A stretch of 64,000 nt of DNA from Octopus vulgaris (taxonomy: Eukaryota), in contig OX597814.1 of assembly GCA_951406725.2 (NCBI GenBank), positions 42,470,001 to 42,534,000 of the forward strand, in the 5' to 3' direction. The position numbers were made by a program, and so were the translations under genes. The notes below the pieces were generated by a model. It searched no databases. It had not been told where the DNA came from and worked only from the letters and a program-made list of their open reading frames with translations. Below are positions 54,440-64,000 of this stretch, piece after piece; position 1 is the first letter of the stretch; each line of letters opens with the position of its first letter.

Positions 54440-56646
54440 AGGTGAATGTGTATGTATTTCTGTATGAGTATATATATGTATATATCGGCATACATGCCTT
54501 TGCAGTTATAATATTTCTGGCAAGTTTATCACATCATTTCCATTTTAACTGATGTCTTCTTGTTTATTTATTTTTTTTATTTGCTTTTAATTTGAAATAT
54601 TACTTTCATAAGATATTTTAAGAGCTCTACGCTATATTCCCGTTTCAAAATTAAGAAATAAATGTTTTGATCTCTTTGACTAAAATTTCAGTTTGGATAC
54701 AGACAAGATTTATTTGATAATACTGCTTACATGTTTTTAATCGCAATTTCGTAATACTTTTCAAAAAGTAGCTTAAACAGTATGTTGTTTAGTCTACATA
54801 TACTTGTGTCTCCGCGCTATCTTAATATATTTCACCTATCAGATTTTTTTAAACATATTTTATTTCCATAAGAAATATGTGGAAAATATTGCTTATAAAA
54901 TCGTCATACACATGAACAATTTTGTCATATTTATTTTAATTTCTTTTTAAATTAAATGATATTTTTAAATCGTGATATACAGAAAAAAAATTGACCTTGA
55001 ATATAATCTTTCCAAACGGCAGTACATATCTCATATACAAAACACTTAAGACTCATTGGTATATAAATGGTGATAAAACCCAATTTAATTTTTTTCCCGT
55101 TGTTATATTTTTCATTATCTTTCATGTTCCTTACTTATATTATGCGCGGCCTGCGTAACATCTTTTGAAACGCAATTCTTTAATAAGAATCGAAGAAAAG
55201 AATTAAAGGACAGAGTAAGATAATAATGAAAACAAAATATTTGTGAAATAAACTGAACGTATATTATTTAATTAAAAATAAAAAAAAATGAAAAAGCTTT
55301 TAAACCAAAATCTGTACTTATATATGATATAATCATTTTGTTTCAAAATGTGCTAAGGACGTGTTTTACAATCCATACACTGTATGCATGGATATTTGGG
55401 CTACAAGACAAATTATTAATGACTGTTATCTTCTATTGCGGATCAATCTTTACAAAAAAATAAATAAATATAAAAAACATTACAAGCATTGTCCGTGTTG
55501 AGCTTGCATACAGTGCCATGATTTAATTAGCAAGTGCAACATAAACAAATCTTTCATATTTAAGAAATAAATTAATAAAAAAGAAAGAAAAAATATTGAA
55601 TGATGCAAATATGTATCAACATTAACTATTTTAGTGAACATGTCTGTTTGAAAACTTCGCAGTTATAATAAATGTTTCAAGATTTATATTGCGATTTTTA
55701 TTTTTTTTTCAATTGGTGCGGGTATCGAATCACGCAAAGAAATATCAAAAATATTCTAAAGTAATTACAAGCGCTGAAGAATCTATTTTATTTCATATAT
55801 ATGATCTTTGATGTTGCTAAATGTTTTATACCTTAGATTATAACACTAATCAAAATAGTCTACCAGGTGCATATATATTTAAACGTACATTATTCACTTG
55901 CAGCGATTCAGGTGAAATTCCTCATTCACACAGAAATACACGCACACACACACACATACACACACATACACACACATACACATACTCATACACACACAAG
56001 CGCACAGATATGCACATACACGCACACATACAGGGTCATGCATATGCACGCAAAGCTACATTTGTAATTATATAATTGCAAGAAAGGTTTAGAACCATCA
56101 GTCCAAATAATATTTATTTCGTTGGTGATATATGTGAAAATCCAAGTCGTATCGTAAAAGTGATCTTATACTAAAGATATGGACAGTTTGCACTAAATTT
56201 CTTGCGACAAATGATATGATTTAGTAAATTGTAATGATGTGTGTGTGTGTGTGTGTGTGTGTTTGCAGTTTGCAGTTCCATTTTAGGTATAATCAACAGA
56301 AAAGCACTCTATCCAGTGAAAGTCCTGTTTTTTTTTTTTACTCAAATAAAGTCTACCGGTATGCATGAGTCGGATGGATTGCGTGGAGATAAATGGCATA
56401 TCATGCACACATGCCGAATTATTGTATCTCTATACCATGAGATTATCTGTAGCTGTTTTTTGAAGGAATGTGTATTAAATATTTACAAACAAACACACAC
56501 ACATATTCATATATATATATATATATATATATATTGGCCTACTCGCTTAGCAAGCGGGGTGGCGTCATTCATTTGAAGGCTAAAACAATGCGAAGTGCAT
56601 TGTGGCCAGCGATGTGTAGCAACATATGATAGCCTGGTCGGTGACG

Positions 56647-56686
<40 letters not shown>

Positions 56687-56694
56687 CACACATA

Positions 56695-57330
56695 CAGGGT
56701 GCGTTGCGTAAATTGGCTGTTTGTTTTTGAATATGTTGCATAAATATATAGTAGTGTCAGATGGGCACCATCTGTGAGAACATTTTGAAACGACATGCTA
56801 TACTGTTTGGCATTCACGCCAGGATCACCATAACGTACATCACAGAAGGTGGGTGTGTCAATCTGAGGAGAGTGCAATCGGAGGACATGTTCCGAGAGTG
56901 ATAAAAATCAAACATCCAGTCAACATCATTGTTTGGAGTGATCACTAATGATGGCGACGTTATAACTGCATTCAACATCTCACACTGAGCACTGACACCT
57001 ACATCAAATGCCTGGTGGATGTAATACTGCTCTGGGTCAAGACGATGGCTGCTGGATGACACTATGTCTGGTAATAGGACTCTGAACAAAGTTACGCAAA
57101 CAGGAGAATCCAATCATGTCTGTCAAACAATTTCTGAGGTCACATCACACCGAACGTCTCGCCACCTAACTCCCCAGAGTACAACCCCCTCTATTATTTT
57201 GTGTGAGGCTCCGTTGAACGAGGGACCAACAAAATTCTTCGTAGCACCGAAGATGCGCAAGGAATATGGCAGCATTCACCAAATTAAACAAGGCGACCGT
57301 CCACAATGTTCTTCTCAACTGAAGATACAT
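56695..57330 (+). pseudogene. Degenerate Tc1/mariner-superfamily transposon relic
   Basis: Starts TA|CAGGGTG. Remnants FGVITNDGDV and PPNSPEYNPLYYFV*G (compare WPPNSPDLNPLDYFVWG); many stops and frameshifts. Confidence 0.65.
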
Positions 57331-57517
57331 GTTTATTTATTCATCGTCTTATCGTATGGGTTTTCATTTCACGTTATGTACCTTTGCTAAGACACCGAGT
57401 GAATGTAATACGAAATACGTCTCCCTACGAAATACGTCTCCCTGTTCTGGCATGATCATTCACCTCTCTGCAACACTTTAAATTATTTTATCTACTTATC
57501 TCTGTATCTAGTATCTC

Positions 57518-57552
<35 letters not shown>

Positions 57553-57553
<1 letters not shown>

Positions 57554-58806
57554 TGGGTTGTCCGGAAAATCGTGCCGATTTTTAAAGGAAAGAAATAGGT
57601 CAATAAATACTTGCCATTACATTTATAATCAAACAAATATGAACAATTTTGTTGCACAATGCGTCTCCGTCTTTCCTTTAACTTGAAACTACTTCCCAGA
57701 ATTGAGGTGGTTTTATGGCAAACAATTCATAAATGTATCTTTTTACGTCATCCAAGAATTGACATTTTTACAATTCAGACTATTCTGCCCAGACCCGAAT
57801 AAGTGGAAATCCGAAGGAGCAATATCTGGTGAATATGGAGGGTGGGGTAACACATTTCAGACGAGCTGCAGCAATTTTTGTCTGGTTCCCAACGACATGT
57901 TCGGTCTTGCAATACCCTTCTTGTTGGCCAATTCTGGACGTTTCTCTTGAATTGCTGCTTTTAACTCATCCAGTTGCGTGCAGTATTTCTCAGAATTAAT
58001 TGTCTCATTACTTGGGAGAAGCTCATAGTACAGAATTCCTTTCCAATCCCACCAGACACAAAGCAAGACTTTATTTAGGGTGAAGACCCGCTTTTGGAGT
58101 GACTATGTGTGGCTCATGTCGCTTACTCCAGGATCGCTTTCGGTGAACATTTCGGTAGATAATCCATTTCTCATCACCTGTCACAATTTGTTTAAGAAAG
58201 GTGCGTTTTCATTCCGCTTAGAAAGCGAATCGCAGCTGGAAATGAGATCTAAAAGGATCTTCTCACTCAACTAATGTGGTACCCAAACGTTGCAGCGATT
58301 TGTTTACCCAAGCTTTACCAGGTGTTCATGAATGACGGACTTTCATAGGTTGAGGCTTTCTGCCAATTCTGGGGGTGTGCAATATGGGTTATTTTCAAAT
58401 AATGACTTGATTTGCTCATCATCTATAGTTGATGGTCTGCCTGATCGCTCTTTATCAATCAGGTTACAATCTCCATCTCGGAACCTTGCGAACCACTTCC
58501 GTACAGTTATTTCAGATAAACAAACATCACCGTAAACAGCGCATATTTCTTTGGTTGCTTCTGAGGCGTTTTCCCTTTACGGAAAAAGAAAAGCATCAAG
58601 TGCCGAAAATGAACTTACTTATCTTCCATTTTAAAGAGCTACAGGATTAACACAGATTATAGAAAAATAAACCTTCTTCCACGAAAATATAGCTTAAACT
58701 GTGATCTAAATGTAGGTGTAGTAAAATCTCATTTTATGGACGCAACCATGTTCTAAAATAAGTCGAAAGGTAAGCTGCTATAATCGGCACGAACGTTCCG
58801 GACAAC

Positions 58807-58810
<4 letters not shown>
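57553..58810 (-). mobile_element. Full-length inactive mariner transposon (1258 bp)
   Basis: TIRs TTGGGTTGTCCGGAA..TCGTGCCGATT, TA flanks on both sides. Disrupted transposase from ATG at 58629 with WVPH, LCVWWDWKGILYYELL and HPPYSPDIAPSDFHLF motifs. Confidence 0.93.
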
Positions 58811-59298
<488 letters not shown>

Positions 59299-59313
59299 TA
59301 TATATATATATAT

Positions 59314-60540
59314 ATAGGCACATTTATTGTTGAAAATGCACCTAAATTTGAAAAACTTGTATTTGTTTAAAATAAATTCATTTACATGTATATCGAACTA
59401 GCTTCAATAATATCGGTTTTAAATATAATTTTAGAATTATGAATTACAGAAAACCATCTTTAAAAGTTTCATTTTTTACAAGTTTAAATGTTCGTAGCTG
59501 ACAACTTTATAATTGTGAATTAGAAAAAATGTTTCAAAATTTCCACGTTGGCAATTTCAAATGTTCATAACAGTCACTATTATTAAGTTTGCTTGAATGT
59601 GCAAAAGTCATTAGTATTATTAGTGATTGACAAGAAATTCATACCATCAAAGTTTCGGTCATACTGATTTAAGAGTCAAAAAAATGGAGAAATGAACATA
59701 GTAAAAATGGGATTTGGATTTCATTTTCGCTGATTCTCTTACGCTTTTAACGGTGTTTTGGAATCCGGTGTATGATTGAATTTTTCCGCGACCGGATCTG
59801 ACTTTTGATTCGTTAAATCACAGGTGACGTCGGCAAATGGTGTTTGTATGGTGTTCTTGTATGGTCTCTCGACCAATGAAACTTTACAAACACCAATTGC
59901 TGATGTCACCTAACTTTAGACCAATCAAAACAAAACTTCAGAAAGTACAAGAATATGACCGTTTAAGAGAATCCACCAATCGGAACGACTGATAACCGTT
60001 CCCCACAGGGAAAGCAATGAGGCAGAACGAAAAACTTGACCTACTGAAAAACAAGACATCACCAGTATATTAACGAATCAAAAATCAAATCTGTTCGTGA
60101 AAAAAATATAAATACATTATATTTCAAAACACACCTTTACAAGAGTAATTCCTACACACTTCGGAAAGAGGATCACAGAATTTCTAAACCAAATTCCTGT
60201 TTTTACTAACTTCATCTCTCCTTTCTGTTTTTCCCTCTTAACTCAGTATGACTGAAATGTTATGATATTCGTTTCTTATCAATCACTAATAACACTGGTG
60301 ACCTTTCTACATTCAAACAAATTGATGTACAGTTTTAATATACTTGACTGTTATGAACATATAGCCTTTCCGACATCGTAATTTTTAAACATGATTTTCA
60401 AGTTCATAATTCTGAATATTTAGCATTGTGAAAAAAAAAATTGTTGAAAGAAGTTTCGTATATATGTACATAAATTTATTTTAAGTAATTACAAGTTTTT
60501 CCAAATTTCAGTGCATTTTCAACAAAAAAATATTGCCTAT
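59314..60540. mobile_element. Old foldback element with ~500-bp diverged inverted arms
   Basis: 59314-59830 aligns to the reverse complement of 60055-60540 (anchors TGTTGAAAATGCAC, ATGTTCATAACAGTCA, TTATTAGTGATTGA, TTTTGATTCGTTAA). Internal hairpin at 59823-59910. Confidence 0.8.
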
Positions 60541-60586
60541 AATTTTTTTCTGAGGGGAAATGCATCGTCTTTAGTTATATATATAC

Positions 60587-60644
<58 letters not shown>

Positions 60645-61371
60645 TATATATATATATATATTTAAATAATAAAGGTGAAAAATTGAATACTAGTTTCATT
60701 AATATCAATTTAAATCCAGTGTCCTGACATATTGAAAATTCTGAAGAGTCAGAAAAAAATTATATTACATACATATAAAAGGGATGACCACTAAGTGGTC
60801 ATCCATTATGTTAGAAGTAGACCCCCTATGGTCGTACGACTAAGAAAAGATTCTTCTCAAGAAAATTCACCATACTGCAGGACGTAAGCGAGCACGACAA
60901 ATGAAAAGATACAAAATATAAGCACGGTTTCACTGCTACCACTTACGTAAGTAATTATATAGATATGTCATATTATATTATATTTCATTATATCAGAGGA
61001 AAAAACAAAACCAAGGAAGAACGAGTATCTCGATTCATTTACATAACTTGAAATATTAATTTTGACTTGGTTTTCAATTTTCCTCCAATATAATATATAC
61101 CTGTTATAACGGAACCCTAATGCGGATCCCTAGATCAGGCCTTAGCTGTGATCATGTGAAATAACGATCGACCAACTATAACGCTTACTCAGCGTACCTA
61201 TTCGTTTAGATTACTAGTGAACTAAACCCCTAATATTCTATATATATATATATACATATACATACATATAAATATATATGTGTAACTATGTATATATGAA
61301 CATATATATAAGCAATATTTATGCGTATATATACATATTATATGTATATATATATATATGTATATATATAT

Positions 61372-61493
61372 ATGGTTCCGGGTTCAGTCCCACTGCGTGG
61401 CATCTTTGGGCAAGTGTATTCTGCTATAGCCCCGGGCCGACCAATGCCTTGTGAGTGGATTTGGTAGACGGAAACTGAAAGAAGCCTGTCGTA

Positions 61494-61582
<89 letters not shown>

Positions 61583-61808
61583 TTGTGTGTCTGTGTTTGT
61601 TCCTCTAGCATTGCTTGACAACCGATGCTTGTGTGTTTACGTCCCCGTCACTTAGCGCTTCGGCAAAAGAGACCGATAGAATAAGTACTGGGCTCACAAA
61701 GAATAAGTCCCGGGGTCGATTTGCTCGACTAAAGGCGGTGCTCCAGCATGACCGCAGTCAAATGACTGAAACAAGTAAAAGAGTAAAAGAGTAAAAGAGT
61801 AAAAGAGT
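61372..61808 (+). mobile_element. SINE family A, 5'-truncated, with expanded internal (TA)n(TG)n and (GTAAAAGA)4 tail
   Basis: Near-identical to 15766-16120. Confidence 0.9.
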
Positions 61809-62945
61809 ATATATATATACCATATATAAATACGCATGTATATATATATATATGCAATATATATATACATATATTTATATGTAGATATACAATATATATA
61901 TGTGTGTGTGTGTGTTTTACTCATGTAATTTCATGCAAAACATCGCGTTTTTGGTGCGTCGACCTAACACACAGCTATATATATGCATGCTTACCATAAA
62001 ACAGTCTTGGACTCAGATCTTTGTTTTATGAAACTGTACTTTCTCTTAACACACTTGGTTGTGTAAGATGAAGAAATTTCTATGTTTCTAGTAGTGCTAG
62101 TGATTGCTTCAACGCTTTGTTGTGATTTTCAGAGTAGATTTTATTTAGTTAAGATCGAGGAAATCTATGTAAAAAAATTAGTAGCTGCGGTCTAGCTGAC
62201 TTTCTTACATTTAGTGATACGCTACACTATGCTTTATTTATTTACGATTTGTTGACGTTTTGTGTAACATTGTCTAATAACAATATTCAGAACGTTGAGT
62301 AATGTAACTACATATCTATAGTATACCAGCCATGTGAGATCCATATTTTTTGTTTTACCTTAGTTTGCAGTGAAGGATCAAATGTTAGAAGTTCAAAGAA
62401 CCCGTAACCTCTCTTTTAATTTGCCTTGACATTATTGTATATCATGTCTTTGTACTTTTAAGATTTCTCATTCTTTGCACGGCCACACACAGGATGCTGC
62501 TCTCCCTTATGATCACACCATAAAAAAACAATATAAATACTTCGATAATCGAATCACCGGAGAGAGCTTTCACTAAAAGTGCTAAGGGCGTGACTGATCT
62601 CTAGTATTTTGACCGCCTTAAAGCGCAGCCGTGAGCGATACGAAATTTGCACGATACATCATTTGAGGAGAATATGTCACCAGCATTGTCGAAACATTAG
62701 ATTCAGAATTTTCCAATTCTAGGATCACGGGTCATCCGTCTCCTACCTAGTTCAGTTTCACAATACATAAATACACTGCAACACAATATCTTTTTTCTCA
62801 ACAGACCCTGCTCTATTTGAGGGAAAGCATCCTATCACCTTTAAATGGAATCTAGACAAATTTCTTCAAGGAATAGCAAAGAAGCCACCTATACCTTGAT
62901 ACAGCGTACTCAACAAGAACGCCCTACTCGAATGGACAATGACAC

Positions 62946-63041
<96 letters not shown>

Positions 63042-63070
63042 GTGTGTGTCTGTATGTATGTATATATATA

Positions 63071-63281
63071 AACGTTAGCACGCCGGGCGAAATGCGTTGC
63101 CGTATTTCGTCTGCCGTTACGTTCCGAGTTCAAATTCCGCCGAGGTCGACTTTGCCTTTCATCCTTCCGGGGTCGATAAATTAAGTACCAGTTACGCACT
63201 GGGGTCGATGTAATCGACTTAATCCTTTTGTCTGTCCTTGTTTGTCTCCTCTGTGTTTAGCCCCTTGTGGGTAGTAAAGAA

Positions 63282-63284
<3 letters not shown>
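63071..63284 (+). mobile_element. SINE family B, young copy
   Basis: B box GAGTTCAAATTCC; matches 41447-41676. Confidence 0.88.
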
Positions 63285-63334
<50 letters not shown>

Positions 63335-63340
<6 letters not shown>

Positions 63341-63630
63341 AACAAGGGACAACAAAACATCCATATAGACGATACGAAAAACAAGGACGGGTCATTCGAA
63401 GCTTTCTATCCTAAGTCAAGAACCGGATCATCCTCGCAATTTCGGCGGGATAATCTTGAGATTCCTCCAATCTGGCCAGCCTCAAGGTAAAACTAAGCTA
63501 AGAATATTAGATTCCTTGGAAGAAAGCAGCAAATGTATACAAAAACAAGGACAGAAAAACGGACAATGTTACACAAATATAAATACAGAAAATAATAATA
63601 ATAACATGACAAAACAACAGGTGTATTTTA
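63335..63630. repeat. Interspersed repeat homologous to 11985-12285
   Basis: Same ordered motifs as the 11985-12285 entry. Confidence 0.6.
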
Positions 63631-63922
63631 CCTGGGGACGAATTGTATTCAGCTGATGTGTGTGGAAATGAAGCTTTACGGCAGGGATACAAAGATTTCA
63701 CAAACACGGAAGAATATCGATGTTGCACAGACCATGGTCAGACCCAAAAAGGGAGCCAGCAGTTTGGCCTATTGGTCACGTGGGAAGAGAGGAGAGAGAA
63801 AAATAGAAGCAGAGGAACAAAAGAATTAAGGAGGGAAAAGAGAAGAGAGAGAGAGTTGTATGAGCAGATGTACAGAAGAATTCAGGAGGGGCGGGAAAAA
63901 ATGACAGACAGTGAGCGAAAGC

Positions 63923-63942
63923 GAGATAGATAGATAGATAGG

Positions 63943-63987
<45 letters not shown>

Positions 63988-64000
63988 GGATGGATAGATA
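63923..64000. repeat. (GATA)n microsatellite
   Basis: Visible array running to the window end. Confidence 0.95.

Overview
AT-rich, microsatellite-dense animal genomic DNA. The SINE, LINE and microsatellite make-up suggests a coleoid cephalopod, probably Octopus (inference from recall). One host gene is visible on the + strand. Its first coding exon (33149-34401) encodes a signal peptide, Cys-rich repeats and an ShKT domain. Its terminal exon (45037-45694) lies just past a 100-N gap and ends in a GPI/TM-like tail. The rest is repeats: three decayed restriction-like-endonuclease LINEs (R4/Dong/NeSL type), a full-length dead mariner, a Tc1-like relic, a non-autonomous Helitron, two foldback/MITE elements and several tRNA-derived SINE families. 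The main find is nine type I hammerhead-ribozyme (HHR) folds in seven different short non-coding repeat types. Three have an intact core (10428-10478, 23971-24035, 25903-25956), one has a single core change, and five are variant or degenerate. Several sit in partial-tandem or inverted arrangements typical of Penelope-like elements and retrozymes, and one family fuses a tRNA/Pol III head to an HHR. All folds were made by eye; no searches were run. Almost all short ORFs in the supplied track are microsatellite artefacts.
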